Shown piece after piece: positions 48,886 through 59,620 of a stretch of DNA of 64,000 nucleotides; within the stretch, counting starts at the first letter, position 1, and the number at the start of each line of letters is the position of its first letter. The DNA lies in sequence record SRR33789315_30; one strand, given 5' to 3'. The translations under genes were made by a program, and so were the position numbers. The notes beneath the pieces are model-generated. The model ran no database searches. It was given only the letters and a program-made list of their open reading frames with translations, and had not been told where the DNA came from.

Positions 48886-50232
48886 ATGAGAAACTCTTTC
48901 CTCATCATACCCATTTCTATATTAATACATTTGGCAATAATCAATATTACCTTATATGTATTAACACCTGATACTTATCTAGACTTTTTTACCATTGTTT
49001 ATATAAATACTGCTTGGCTTATATGTGCTTACTCACTTGATTTTTATCCTACTTCTCGTAAGGAACACTTCTTTACCAATATTCACAAAGTATTTCAATT
49101 ATACTTGCTATTTGGACTTACCTATTTTGCTCTTTTCGGCTTCAAGCAACTAGCAAATGTTGAATTAATTGACCAGTTTTATATTTTCGGAATAATATGT
49201 GTTATTCTCACTATATATAGGGTAATCTTTTATTATGCTCGAGATAAATATAGAATTGAGGGCGGAAACTTTGTAAATGTCGTAGTAATAGGACGAGATA
49301 AAAACTTGAAAAAAATTAGACGTGTTTTTGATGAGCCAGATTTAGGTTATCGCTATAAAGGTTATTTTGACAATAACACCTCAGATAGCCCTACCTATTT
49401 AGGTACAATTGAAGATAGCTACAAATATATGTTAGAGAATGAGGTTGATCAAATCTATTGTATGGTATCTAGATTAACTAAAAATGAAATACGCAATCTT
49501 GTAAACTTTGCAGACAATAACCTTAAAAAAATAAAAATTATTCCTGATAACAAAGAGGTTTATACACGAGGAATGTCTTTAGAACTATATGACACAATAC
49601 CCGTATTAAATCTTAGAAAATTACCCCTCGACTCAGATTATGCTAAATTAATTAAAAGAATTTTTGATATTATCTTTTCTTTTTTAGTCATCATATTTGT
49701 ATTATCATGGTTAACACCTTTGCTATTTATTATATTTAAATTTGACTCTAAAGGACCCTTGTTTTTTAGACAAAAAAGACATGGTTTTAATAGAGAAACA
49801 TTCTGGTGTTACAAATTTAGATCTATGGTTTCTAATACAGATGCAGATTCTAAAATGAGTTCTAAAGATGACACACGCATAACTAAAGTTGGGAAATTCC
49901 TCAGAAGAACCAGTATAGATGAACTACCTCAATTTTTCAATGTTTTCTTAGGGGATATGAGCATTGTAGGTCCTAGACCTCATATGGAATCTCAGACCCA
50001 TCAATATGAAGTATCTATAGACAAGTACCTAGTTAGACATTTTGTAAAGCCTGGAATTACTGGACTTGCACAAATCAGAGGATACCGGGGTGAAATTCTT
50101 GATAAAACAGATATAATAAACCGTGTAAAATTGGATATATTCTATGTTGAAAAATGGTCTTTACAGCTAGATTTAAAAATTATATTTTATACTGTAGTTA
50201 ATACTTTAAAAGGAGAAGAAAAAGCATATTAA
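48886..50232 (+). CDS. wcaJ: Undecaprenyl-phosphate hexose-1-phosphate transferase (WcaJ-like)
   Basis: Four N-terminal TM helices, KRIFDI, KFRSM, DELPQ, MSIVGPRP, VKPGITGLAQ. Confidence 0.92.
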   Translation: MRNSFLIIPISILIHLAIINITLYVLTPDTYLDFFTIVYINTAWLICAYSLDFYPTSRKEHFFTNIHKVFQLYLLFGLTYFALFGFKQLANVELIDQFYIFGIICVILTIYRVIFYYARDKYRIEGGNFVNVVVIGRDKNLKKIRRVFDEPDLGYRYKGYFDNNTSDSPTYLGTIEDSYKYMLENEVDQIYCMVSRLTKNEIRNLVNFADNNLKKIKIIPDNKEVYTRGMSLELYDTIPVLNLRKLPLDSDYAKLIKRIFDIIFSFLVIIFVLSWLTPLLFIIFKFDSKGPLFFRQKRHGFNRETFWCYKFRSMVSNTDADSKMSSKDDTRITKVGKFLRRTSIDELPQFFNVFLGDMSIVGPRPHMESQTHQYEVSIDKYLVRHFVKPGITGLAQIRGYRGEILDKTDIINRVKLDIFYVEKWSLQLDLKIIFYTVVNTLKGEEKAY

Positions 50233-50235
50233 CTA

Positions 50236-50841
50236 TTAATTATGGCCATTATACGGCTGTGCCGTTACTTCATTTATTTCGTTAATTCCATGTTTACTTA
50301 GTACATAACCCAATGTTCTAAATAATATTTTTATATCAACCCAAAGGCTAACATGATCTACATACCAAAAATCCATTTCAAATCTTTCTTTATAGGTTAT
50401 TAGATTTCTACCAGAAATTTGAGCTATACCAGTAATACCAGGCTTAACCTGTAAACGATTATACTCTTCCTCAGTAAAATGAGCAACATAACTCAACGGT
50501 AATGGCCTGGGACCAACTAGGCTCATCGTGCCATTTAATATATTAAATAGCTGCGGAAGTTCATCAAGGCTATTTCGACGTAAAAAAGCTCCTACTTTAG
50601 TTAAACGTAATGCATCTGGAAAAAGGATACCTTCATCATCTACAGAACTATTCATTGTCTTAAACTTAATAATATCAAACGGGGCATTATCCTTGCCTGC
50701 ACGTTTTTGAATAAATAGTGGATTTTCATTAGTACTGAAAAAAACTATTAGATAAATTAAAAGTAAAATAGGTGAAACAAACGCTAATAAAACTATTGCC
50801 AGTCCATAATCTACTATAAGTTTACCAAATTTCAAATACAT
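50236..50841 (-). CDS. PglC-like monotopic sugar phosphotransferase
   Basis: Single N-terminal hydrophobic helix, KFKTM, LDELPQ, MSLVGPRP, KPGITG. Confidence 0.9.
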   Translation of the reverse strand: MYLKFGKLIVDYGLAIVLLAFVSPILLLIYLIVFFSTNENPLFIQKRAGKDNAPFDIIKFKTMNSSVDDEGILFPDALRLTKVGAFLRRNSLDELPQLFNILNGTMSLVGPRPLPLSYVAHFTEEEYNRLQVKPGITGIAQISGRNLITYKERFEMDFWYVDHVSLWVDIKILFRTLGYVLSKHGINEINEVTAQPYNGHN

Positions 50842-50871
50842 ATTCTTCTGTTTAGGGGTTCAGAGGAATTA

Positions 50872-51963
50872 TTATAGTATCATCCCTCCTATTAATTCTT
50901 CAATGGCAAATACATTCTCCACATCACAATGCACATACACATCTTTTATAAGTTTATCTATTTTAGACAAAACTTCTTGCTTATTTTGTATATCTGGATA
51001 AGCAACTTTAAATATTGTTTCTGAAGTAGTTGAAATCATTTTTTGACCTTCCTCAATGAGGTCTTCATTTATTTTCTCACCAGTCCTTATTCCCGTTATT
51101 TCAAATTCAATTTGTTCAAATCCAGTTTGAGATAAGTCCACCATTCGCTTTGCTAGATCCACAATATTAACCGGGCTACCCATTTCAAAAATATAGGTCT
51201 TATTGCTTTCATTATAAGTAGTTGTCTCTAACACCATCTGGCAAGCTTCAGTTGCAGTAAGAAAATAACGCTCCATATCTGGATGGGTTATAGTAATGGG
51301 ACCACCATTTGCAATTTGCTTTTTAAATAAAGGCTCAACAGAACCTGTAGACCCAAGTATATTTCCAAAACGAGTTATACTGGTTTTGATAGGTAGATCT
51401 TGATATATTTGAACATAATATTCTGCTATTTTTTTTGATTTACCCATAATGCTCTTAGGCTTAATGGCTTTATCTGTGCTTATTAAGACAAATTGGTCAA
51501 CAGCAAAGGCTATTGATAAATCTAAAATATTCTTGGTCCCTAAAACATTGGTCAATATAGCCTCAGGAATATTCTTTTCCATTAACGGAACATGTTTATA
51601 AGCTGCCGCATGATAAACTATTTGTATGCTTTCGCTTCTAAAAATAGACTGCACACGCTCAAAATTAGTCACATCTGCTATTACATATGCAATATTAATG
51701 TTTGGGTTAATCCCAGACAGCTCATTCTCTAGCTCAAACATAGCAGACTCTGCTTGATCTATTAAAATAAGTTTTTCAGGATTAAGATTAAGCAATTGCC
51801 TAGATAACTCACCTCCTATATATCCTGCCGCTCCAGTTACCAGAACAGTTTTACCAGATATATATGCTTTCTGTAAAGACGTATCTATTTCAGTTATTTC
51901 CCGTTGTAGCAAATCACTGATTAAATAATCTTTCATATCAATTTTAATAAAATTACTAGGCAT
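50872..51963 (-). CDS. PglF/CapD-like UDP-GlcNAc 4,6-dehydratase, catalytic domain only
   Basis: DLLQRE, TGAAGYIG, HAAAYKHVPLME, STDKA, MGKSK, RFGNILGS; no N-terminal membrane domain; start at ATG 51963 or 51936. Confidence 0.85.
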   Translation of the reverse strand: MPSNFIKIDMKDYLISDLLQREITEIDTSLQKAYISGKTVLVTGAAGYIGGELSRQLLNLNPEKLILIDQAESAMFELENELSGINPNINIAYVIADVTNFERVQSIFRSESIQIVYHAAAYKHVPLMEKNIPEAILTNVLGTKNILDLSIAFAVDQFVLISTDKAIKPKSIMGKSKKIAEYYVQIYQDLPIKTSITRFGNILGSTGSVEPLFKKQIANGGPITITHPDMERYFLTATEACQMVLETTTYNESNKTYIFEMGSPVNIVDLAKRMVDLSQTGFEQIEFEITGIRTGEKINEDLIEEGQKMISTTSETIFKVAYPDIQNKQEVLSKIDKLIKDVYVHCDVENVFAIEELIGGMIL

Positions 51964-51970
51964 TCCTATC

Positions 51971-53134
51971 CTATTTATACAAATTAAAAACAACCTCTTG
52001 TATTCTTTCTTTTTCTATTGCATTTAACCCAGTTCCTGAAGGTAGGCAGATTCCTGAATTAAATAAACTTAAGGCTGTCTCTGAACCAAAATAAGGTATA
52101 TCTTGATAAACTGGCTGTAAATGTAACGGTTTCCAGAGTGGTCGTGTTTCTATATTATGAGCATTAAAAGCATTTGTAATCCTTTTTAGGGAAAGCTCCG
52201 CATTTTTATTAAAAACAATAGCCGTAAGCCAGAAATTACTATAGTAATCCTTTGAGGGTTCTTCTTGAAAGCTAACGTCTGTAGCATTCGAAAAGATCTC
52301 TTTATAGAATGTATTAAGCTCTCGTTTTTGTGCTACAAAAAAATCAAGATATTTTAATTGACCTATTCCTATGGCAGCAGAAACATTACTAAGCCTATAA
52401 TTATATCCTATCTGTGAATGTTGATAATAGGGGAAATCCTCTTTAGCATGTGTTGCCAAATAAATAAAAAAATTTTTTTCCTCCAAGGATTTTGCTATTA
52501 CTGCTCCTCCTCCACCTGTTGTAATAATTTTATTACCATTAAAAGACAATATTCCATACTTACCAAAGCTACCACAACTCTTCCCTTTAAAAGTAGAGCC
52601 TAGTGCTTCTGCAGCATCTTCAATCACCGGAATATCATATTTCTCTGCTATGGCTCGAATCGCTTCTACATTATAGGGCATTCCATATAAGTGTACTGCG
52701 ATAATAGCTTTAGGTTTATTTCCCTTTTTTAAACGACTGGTAATTGCTTCTTCTAAAAATTGAGGACAAATATTCCAAGTAGAATTTTCGCTATCTACAA
52801 AGATGGGTCGCGCTCCAAGATAAAGTATAGGATTACTTGTTGCTATAAAAGTAAAACTCTGACATATGACTTCATCTCCAGGTCCAACACCACATGCTTG
52901 TAGTGCTAAATGAATAGCAGCCGTTCCAGAATTTAAGACAGCTACATACTGGTTATTTCCTAAAACGGCTGCTAAATTTTCTTCAAATTTATTGATATGT
53001 GGACCAACAGGAGCAATCCAATTACTGCTAAAAACATCAGTAACATTGTTCAACGCATCTTCTTGAATATCGGGTGGCGATAACCAAATACGAGAATACT
53101 TTATGCTATTAACTGCAGATCCTTCAGATATCAA
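51971..53134 (-). CDS. DegT/DnrJ/PglE-family PLP sugar aminotransferase
   Basis: SGTAAIHLAL, IEDAAEALG, SFNGNKII, GYNYRLSN, RPLWKPLH. Confidence 0.93.
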   Translation of the reverse strand: MISEGSAVNSIKYSRIWLSPPDIQEDALNNVTDVFSSNWIAPVGPHINKFEENLAAVLGNNQYVAVLNSGTAAIHLALQACGVGPGDEVICQSFTFIATSNPILYLGARPIFVDSENSTWNICPQFLEEAITSRLKKGNKPKAIIAVHLYGMPYNVEAIRAIAEKYDIPVIEDAAEALGSTFKGKSCGSFGKYGILSFNGNKIITTGGGGAVIAKSLEEKNFFIYLATHAKEDFPYYQHSQIGYNYRLSNVSAAIGIGQLKYLDFFVAQKRELNTFYKEIFSNATDVSFQEEPSKDYYSNFWLTAIVFNKNAELSLKRITNAFNAHNIETRPLWKPLHLQPVYQDIPYFGSETALSLFNSGICLPSGTGLNAIEKERIQEVVFNLYK

Positions 53135-53153
53135 TATTAATTTTCTAGTACTA

Positions 53154-54548
53154 TTATCCTTTTCCTATAGTATAGGTTTCAAAGCCAATATTTTCAAGTT
53201 TATCTGTATCCAGTAAACTTCTTCCATCAAATAAAAAGGCTGGTTTGTACATCGTACTATATACCTTTTCCCAATCATAAGTTTTAAACTCATCCCATTC
53301 TGTCAAGATTGCGACAGCGTGAGAGTTCTCGCAAGCTTCATAAGGATCATTCACCACATTAATAAGCTTTCGATTCTCTTCCTCACTTCTGGTATTTAAG
53401 TAATCTAAATCTGCTAGTATTTGTTCTTTAGATACTTTAGGGTCATAAACCGTTATTTCTGCTCTTTCATTTAGAAGATAATCTGCTACATATATCGCAG
53501 CTGATTCTCTAGTATCGTTAGTATCCTTCTTAAAAGCCCATCCTAACATAGCAATCTTTTTGCCTGAAACGGTATTAAACAAGGTTTTTACAATCTTTTC
53601 AGCAAAGCGCATCTTTTGGTGATCATTCATAATAATGACTTGTTCCCAATAATCAGCAACAGCGTGAAGACCATAAGACTTCGATATGTATACCAAGTTT
53701 AAAATATCCTTTTGAAAACAAGAACCTCCAAAACCAACTGAGGCTTTTAAAAACTTAGACCCAATTCTAGAATCTGTTCCTATAGCACGAGCTACTTCAT
53801 CTACATCTGCTTCGGTAACTTCACATAATTCAGATAAAGCATTAATAGAAGACACTCTTTGTGCTAAAAATGCATTTGCTGTTAATTTAGAAAGCTCTGA
53901 TGACCATACATTTGTGGTAAGTATTCTTTCCTTAGGTAACCAGTGGGCATATACATCTACTAACGCTTGTTTAGCTTCTATGCCACGAGGTGTGTTATCG
54001 CCACCAATAAGTACTCTATCTGCATTATGTAAATCTGCAATAGCTGTTCCTTCTGCAAGAAATTCAGGATTTGATAGGATATCAAATTGAACTCCGTTAC
54101 CGGTATTTTCTAAGATTCTTTTTAATGCTTCTGCTGTTCTTACTGGTAATGTTGATTTTTCAACAACAATTTTATTAGATTTTGCTACTCGAGCAATTTG
54201 TCTTGCACAAAGTTCAATGTATTTTAAATCTGCAGCCATACCTTTCCCTATACCATAGGTTTTGGTTGGCGTATTAACAGATATAAAAATTATATCTGCA
54301 TTATCAATAGCTTTATCAACATCTGTAGAGAAAAATAAGTTTCGGCCTCTTGCCTCTCCTACAACCTCAGCTAAGCCTGGTTCATAAACCGGAAGCTTAT
54401 CCAGATCTTCATCATTCCAGGCTGCGATACGTTTCTCATTAATATCTACTACTGTAACTTCGATTGACGGGCATTTTTGAGCAATTACAGACATGGTAGG
54501 TCCCCCTACATATCCTGCGCCCATGCAACAGATTTTTCTAACTTTCAT
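53154..54548 (-). CDS. ugd: UDP-glucose 6-dehydrogenase
   Basis: [44 protein letters not shown]. Confidence 0.96.
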   Translation of the reverse strand: MKVRKICCMGAGYVGGPTMSVIAQKCPSIEVTVVDINEKRIAAWNDEDLDKLPVYEPGLAEVVGEARGRNLFFSTDVDKAIDNADIIFISVNTPTKTYGIGKGMAADLKYIELCARQIARVAKSNKIVVEKSTLPVRTAEALKRILENTGNGVQFDILSNPEFLAEGTAIADLHNADRVLIGGDNTPRGIEAKQALVDVYAHWLPKERILTTNVWSSELSKLTANAFLAQRVSSINALSELCEVTEADVDEVARAIGTDSRIGSKFLKASVGFGGSCFQKDILNLVYISKSYGLHAVADYWEQVIIMNDHQKMRFAEKIVKTLFNTVSGKKIAMLGWAFKKDTNDTRESAAIYVADYLLNERAEITVYDPKVSKEQILADLDYLNTRSEEENRKLINVVNDPYEACENSHAVAILTEWDEFKTYDWEKVYSTMYKPAFLFDGRSLLDTDKLENIGFETYTIGKG

Positions 54549-54573
54549 TCTTTTAATTTATATGAATACGAAA

Positions 54574-54581
54574 CAAATATA
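54574..54581 (-). promoter_or_regulatory. -7 promoter element for ugd
   Basis: TATATTTG on the minus strand, 25 bp upstream of the ugd ATG. Confidence 0.55.
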
Positions 54582-54799
54582 ATGCTCCCTTATTAATTAC
54601 TTCTTTTAAGCTTCCGAAAATAATGATTCTTTAGTTTTTCTTGTACTTAATTTAAAAGTTTTTTGTTCATTATTTGCTCAAACCTTATAGTTCTATTTAA
54701 AATAATAAAACCAAGTACAAAAAACTTAAAAACAAGTCTATCCTATAGTCTATTAACTTACCTAAAATCACATAACATCAATTTGGGTAAAATACTAAC

Positions 54800-56074
54800 T
54801 TAAAGTTTCTTATCTGCTTTATTGCCTAAAAAGCCTTTCACATCAAATACTACAGTGCTTTCCGTTTTAAATTTTCTTAAATCTAAGTGTTCAAATTCTC
54901 TATGGGCTACTGCAAGAATAATTGCATCAAAAGTACTTTCTCCCAATTGAGTCATTAAGTCAATATTATAAATAGTTTTAACTGCAATTACACTGGCTTG
55001 TGGATCATAAACTTCTACTTGAGCACCGTAATCACGCATTTCCTTAATGATATCAATTACTCTCGTATTTCTAACATCTGGACAATTTTCTTTAAAGGTT
55101 ATTCCTAGGATTAAAACCTTACTACCTTTTATTTTTAACTCTCTTTTTGACATTAATTTGACAACTTCTGCAGCAACAAAAGCCCCCATACTGTCATTTA
55201 TTTTTCTTCCTGCCAAGATAATTTCGGGATGATATCCTAATTGCTGTGCTTTTTCTGCTAAATAGTAAGGGTCAACGCCTATGCAATGTCCACCCACCAA
55301 ACCTGGAGTGAATGATATAAAATTCCATTTTGTTCTTGCGGCTTTTAAAACTTCTCCTGTGTCTATACCCATTAGGCTAAAAATTTTAGCCAATTCATTG
55401 ACAAAAGCAATATTAATATCTCTTTGTGTATTTTCTATTACCTTGGCAGCTTCTGCCACCTTTATTGAAGGTGCTAGATAGGTTCCTGCTTTAATTACAG
55501 TTTTATATAGTTGATCTATTTTTTGAGCAATTTCCTCAGTTGATCCTGAGGTTATCTTTACAATATTTTCAATTGTGTGGGTTTTATCTCCCGGATTAAT
55601 TCGCTCTGGGGAATAACCCATAAAGAAGTCTCTATTGTAGCTTAAACCCGACACATTTTCTATAAGAGGAATGCACACTTCTTCAGTAAGCCCAGGATAT
55701 ACAGTAGATTCGAGAATAACAATTGCTCCTGTTTTTATATTAGAAGCTACTAGCTCTGTCGCTTGTAATAAGGCACTAAGATCAGGTTTATGATTGTGAT
55801 CTATAGGTGTAGGAACGGTAATGATGTAATAATCTGAATCTATTAAATCTTCTGAATTATCTGTTATGTACAATCCACGGCGAGAATCATTTTCTTTCTT
55901 TAGTACTGCTTCTAATTGTTTGCTAGTAACTTCATTGTTTAGATCTTGAGTTAATCGTAAGCTTTGTAACCGGCTCACATTGATATCATAGCCTACAACA
56001 CTATACTTTGTCGCAAATAATTGTGCAAGTGGTAAACCCACATAACCCAAACCTATTATTGATATCTTCGACAT
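54800..56074 (-). CDS. UDP-N-acetylhexosamine 6-dehydrogenase (TviB/WbpO-like)
   Basis: GLGYVGLP, ESTVYPG, SPERINPG, GLVGGHCIGVDPYY, FKENCPDVRN; likely ATG at 56074. Confidence 0.92.
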   Translation of the reverse strand: MSKISIIGLGYVGLPLAQLFATKYSVVGYDINVSRLQSLRLTQDLNNEVTSKQLEAVLKKENDSRRGLYITDNSEDLIDSDYYIITVPTPIDHNHKPDLSALLQATELVASNIKTGAIVILESTVYPGLTEEVCIPLIENVSGLSYNRDFFMGYSPERINPGDKTHTIENIVKITSGSTEEIAQKIDQLYKTVIKAGTYLAPSIKVAEAAKVIENTQRDINIAFVNELAKIFSLMGIDTGEVLKAARTKWNFISFTPGLVGGHCIGVDPYYLAEKAQQLGYHPEIILAGRKINDSMGAFVAAEVVKLMSKRELKIKGSKVLILGITFKENCPDVRNTRVIDIIKEMRDYGAQVEVYDPQASVIAVKTIYNIDLMTQLGESTFDAIILAVAHREFEHLDLRKFKTESTVVFDVKGFLGNKADKKL

Positions 56075-56075
56075 A

Positions 56076-57089
56076 CTAATTATTGAAAATTCCAGATTGA
56101 GTTGGTTTGAGATACCAATCAATAGTATGCTTTAATCCTGATTCAAAATTAAATTGGGGTTTATAACCTAATAAGGATTTTGCTTTTTCTATAGAAGCTA
56201 GAGAATGAGGCACATCTCCTTTTCTTTTTTCACCATATATAGGATTAATTGAATTTATTATAGGATCATCAGCTTGTAGGTTTTTCTTAATCATAGAAAC
56301 GAGTTCATTAAGATCTATTCTTTCGCCGTAGGCTATATTATAAACGGTATTAAGTGCTTTTTTCTCAGGAGTAGCAAGTGCTAAGAGATTGGCTTGAACT
56401 ACATTTTCTACAAAAGTAAAATCTCTAGAATAGGTACCATCACCATTTATTATTGGAGACTGATGCTTAATTATAGCCGAAATAAATTTAGGAATAACAG
56501 CTGCGTAAGCTCCATTTTCATCTTGTCTTGGTCCAAATACATTGAAATACCGCAATCCTATTGTTTCTATACCATAACTACGCGAAAAAACCGAAGCATA
56601 TAACTCATTGACATATTTGGTCACCGCATAAGGTGAAAGTGGATTTCCTATAATTTCTTCAATTTTAGGTAACGCTTCTGAATCACCATAAGTAGAACTA
56701 CTTGCTGCATATACTAACCTACAGCCTTCCTTTTTTCTACACGCTTCAAGCACGTTTAAAAATCCAGAAATATTTACCTCATTTGTTGTAATAGGATCAT
56801 TTAAACTACGTGGTACAGAACCCAAAGCGGCTTGATGAGTAACCAAATCACAATCTTGTATTAGCCGGCTACAAAGCTCATAATCTCTTATATCACCTTG
56901 AATGAAAGTAAAATTAGGATCTGCTAATGCACTTTTTATATTTTCTTTTTTGCCTGTTGAAAGATTGTCTAAACACAACACATTTGCTCCTAAATTCAGT
57001 AAAGCATCACAAATATGCGACCCTATAAAACCTGCTCCTCCTGTAACAAGTATTTTTTTTGTTTTAAGAGAATGAAAAGAAATTTGCAT
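56076..57089 (-). CDS. UDP-GlcNAc(A) 4-epimerase (TviC/WbpP-like)
   Basis: GGAGFIG, HQAALGSVPRS, AASSSTYG, PYAVTK, RYFNVFGPRQ, YAAVIP. Confidence 0.92.
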   Translation of the reverse strand: MQISFHSLKTKKILVTGGAGFIGSHICDALLNLGANVLCLDNLSTGKKENIKSALADPNFTFIQGDIRDYELCSRLIQDCDLVTHQAALGSVPRSLNDPITTNEVNISGFLNVLEACRKKEGCRLVYAASSSTYGDSEALPKIEEIIGNPLSPYAVTKYVNELYASVFSRSYGIETIGLRYFNVFGPRQDENGAYAAVIPKFISAIIKHQSPIINGDGTYSRDFTFVENVVQANLLALATPEKKALNTVYNIAYGERIDLNELVSMIKKNLQADDPIINSINPIYGEKRKGDVPHSLASIEKAKSLLGYKPQFNFESGLKHTIDWYLKPTQSGIFNN

Positions 57090-57276
57090 AATTTTTTAAT
57101 AGAAAGCTAAGATACTATTTCTTGTCGTCGTCATTAATAAAATAGTTCTTGGTTTCTTAACAAAATTAGTATTTAAAGCCCTTCCACGTTAAACTTGTAT
57201 TAAACCAAAGCTAAAATTTGATTACAGTTTTTTTCTATTGTATCTTTATATATAATCAATTTTAACTATACAAAAA

Positions 57277-57768
57277 ATGAACTATTTAAATTTAGATACT
57301 AAAAAAACCGAAGCTACTGTAAAGGAGTTAAACATCCTATTAGCTGACTACCAATTGTACTATCAAAAGTTGAGAAATTTTCATTGGAATGTGACTGGTG
57401 CTAATTTCTTTGACCTTCATGAGCAATTTGAGGATATGTATAATGATGCGAAAGTGAAAATTGATGAAATAGCAGAACGCATACTAACATTGAGATTTCA
57501 GCCTTTGAGTAATTATACAGACTATCTTGAAAAAGCCAATCTATTTGAATCTCCAACAGATACCAGAGATGTAGAAATGGTAGAAATATTATTACAAGAT
57601 CATGGTAAAATACTCATACAAATGAGAAAAACTATTAAAGCTGCAAATGAGGCTGAAGATGAAGGAACAATCGACCTTATTGGAGGATACATTAGAGAGT
57701 TAGAAAAAACAAGTTGGATGCTGGATGCTTGGAAAATGCAAACAAAAGAAACGTTTAAACTAGCATAA
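57277..57768 (+). CDS. dps: DNA starvation/stationary phase protection protein Dps
   Basis: FHWNVTG, FFDLHEQFE, IDEIAERI, EKTSWML. Confidence 0.95.
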   Translation: MNYLNLDTKKTEATVKELNILLADYQLYYQKLRNFHWNVTGANFFDLHEQFEDMYNDAKVKIDEIAERILTLRFQPLSNYTDYLEKANLFESPTDTRDVEMVEILLQDHGKILIQMRKTIKAANEAEDEGTIDLIGGYIRELEKTSWMLDAWKMQTKETFKLA

Positions 57769-57771
57769 TAT

Positions 57772-58716
57772 ATGGCATATCAAAAAGCAACTCTAGAATA
57801 TATATTCCTATACAATGAATTTCTAGGATTAGAAATAGACAAGCTGTTAGCTAAAATAGAAGGTTGGGGAGATATAATATTATTAAAGCTCCCCAACTTT
57901 ATTTTAGCAGTTATCATATTTATTTTATTCTATATACTTGCTAAGTATGTAGCAAAGTTGGTACGTAATTATTTAACGCGTAGTATTAAACAAGATTCAA
58001 TTCGTTCAATAAGCGGTAAAGTCGCTTTTGCTATTACTGTTCTTATAGGTTTCTTTATTGCCTTAGGAATTATGGATCTCAATAAGGTTCTCACCTCTGT
58101 TTTAGGTGCTGCTGGAGTTGTAGGTCTTGCAGTGGGTCTAGCGTTACAGGGTACATTAAACAACACTTTCTCTGGTGTTATACTTTCCTTCCTTCCTAGA
58201 TTACAAATAGGAGATTGGATTGAAACAAATGGCTATGAAGGTGAAGTACAAGACATTAATTTACGAAACATAGTCATTAAAGAAGCAGATAATAATATTG
58301 TAGTAATCCCTAATGCAAGTATAGTAGAGTCTCCATTTAAAAATTATTCACAAACAAAACGCTCAAGAATTATTATCTCTTGTGGTGTAGGTTATGAGAG
58401 TGATCTAGATCAGGTTGAAGAATTAACTATTGAAACTATAAAATCAATCTTTGAACCCCAGCCCTATGAGGATATAGAATTCTTTTATCAAGAATTTGGA
58501 GATAGCTCTATAAATTTCATTTTACGATTTTGGGGGGATGTTGGCAAAAAAAAGGATATTTTAGTAGCCCAAAACAAGGCCATTAAAGCAATTAAAAAAG
58601 CCTTTGACGCTAATGAAATCAATATTCCATTCCCAATTAGAACGCTTGATTTTAATAAAAACAAGTTTAGATCTGAGCCTCTCACTCTTCTTCAAAAAGA
58701 AGAAAGCATTTCTTAA
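57772..58716 (+). CDS. mscS: Small-conductance mechanosensitive channel
   Basis: GLAVGLALQGTLNN, IGDWIE, VIPN, VGYESDL, FGDSSINF, IPFP. Confidence 0.92.
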   Translation: MAYQKATLEYIFLYNEFLGLEIDKLLAKIEGWGDIILLKLPNFILAVIIFILFYILAKYVAKLVRNYLTRSIKQDSIRSISGKVAFAITVLIGFFIALGIMDLNKVLTSVLGAAGVVGLAVGLALQGTLNNTFSGVILSFLPRLQIGDWIETNGYEGEVQDINLRNIVIKEADNNIVVIPNASIVESPFKNYSQTKRSRIIISCGVGYESDLDQVEELTIETIKSIFEPQPYEDIEFFYQEFGDSSINFILRFWGDVGKKKDILVAQNKAIKAIKKAFDANEINIPFPIRTLDFNKNKFRSEPLTLLQKEESIS

Positions 58717-58756
58717 ATGGAATAAAGGCAGCTATGCTAAACAATTTCAATCAAAA

Positions 58757-59620
58757 ATGTATCTATTCTTTTTTATCAGTATAATTATAACGTGTTTAAG
58801 CTGTAATGGCCCAAAAGAGATAGATGTTGTTGCAAGTCTTCCTAGAACACTTGCAGAGGCGTCTGGTATAGCTAAATTCCCTAATAATCCAACCATTTTT
58901 GTACTTACAGATCACGGTAATCCCAATAGTATTTACGGTATTAATACAAAAGGAAAAATCACCACCGAAATTAATATTGCAAACATAGAAAATGCTGACT
59001 GGGAAGATATGGCTACAGATGGTAAGAGCAAATTATTTATTGGTGATTTTGGCAACAATAATAATGACAGGAAAAATATCACTATTTATACGGTAGAAAA
59101 CTTCAATAAGACTTTTAAGTCCATTGATACCATGACGGCAAAAAGAACAACTTTTACACTTCCTGATCAAAAAAAATATCCTCCTAATAAGGATGATTTT
59201 AATTATGATATAGAATCACTTATTTATGCAAATGGCTTTTTTTATGTCTTTACACGAAATAGAAGCAAGCATTTTAATGGTAAAACAAAGATGTATCGCA
59301 TTCCTGTAAATTATGGCCATGTTAAAGCAGAACTTATTGGCGATGTAACGTTATGTGAAGATAAAAATGAATGTTACGTTACGGGATCTACTCTTTCACC
59401 TGATGGCAAAACACTCATTCTACTTACTTCTTCCTCTCTTTATAAATTTACTGGATTTATCAATGATAATTTTTTGGAAGGCACTATGGAACAAATTTCA
59501 TTAAAACATTCTAGTAAAAAAGAAGGCATTTGCTACAAAGACAATTCTACTGTTTATATAGTAGATGAAAGACGCGCCCAAAAAGGGGGCAAACTTTACA
59601 GTTATACCTTTTTAAACTAA
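58757..59620 (+). CDS. Lipoprotein with beta-propeller-like repeats, function unknown
   Basis: Likely ATG at 58757, lipobox CLSC, EASG, DWEDMA, IGDFGNN, EGICY. Confidence 0.7.
   Translation: MYLFFFISIIITCLSCNGPKEIDVVASLPRTLAEASGIAKFPNNPTIFVLTDHGNPNSIYGINTKGKITTEINIANIENADWEDMATDGKSKLFIGDFGNNNNDRKNITIYTVENFNKTFKSIDTMTAKRTTFTLPDQKKYPPNKDDFNYDIESLIYANGFFYVFTRNRSKHFNGKTKMYRIPVNYGHVKAELIGDVTLCEDKNECYVTGSTLSPDGKTLILLTSSSLYKFTGFINDNFLEGTMEQISLKHSSKKEGICYKDNSTVYIVDERRAQKGGKLYSYTFLN

Noticed and set aside
54631-54729. Imperfect inverted repeat (TTGTACTT/AAGTACAA core) upstream of ugd as an invertible promoter
   Set aside because: Short, imperfect and AT-rich; no consensus promoter between the arms and no recombinase in the window.
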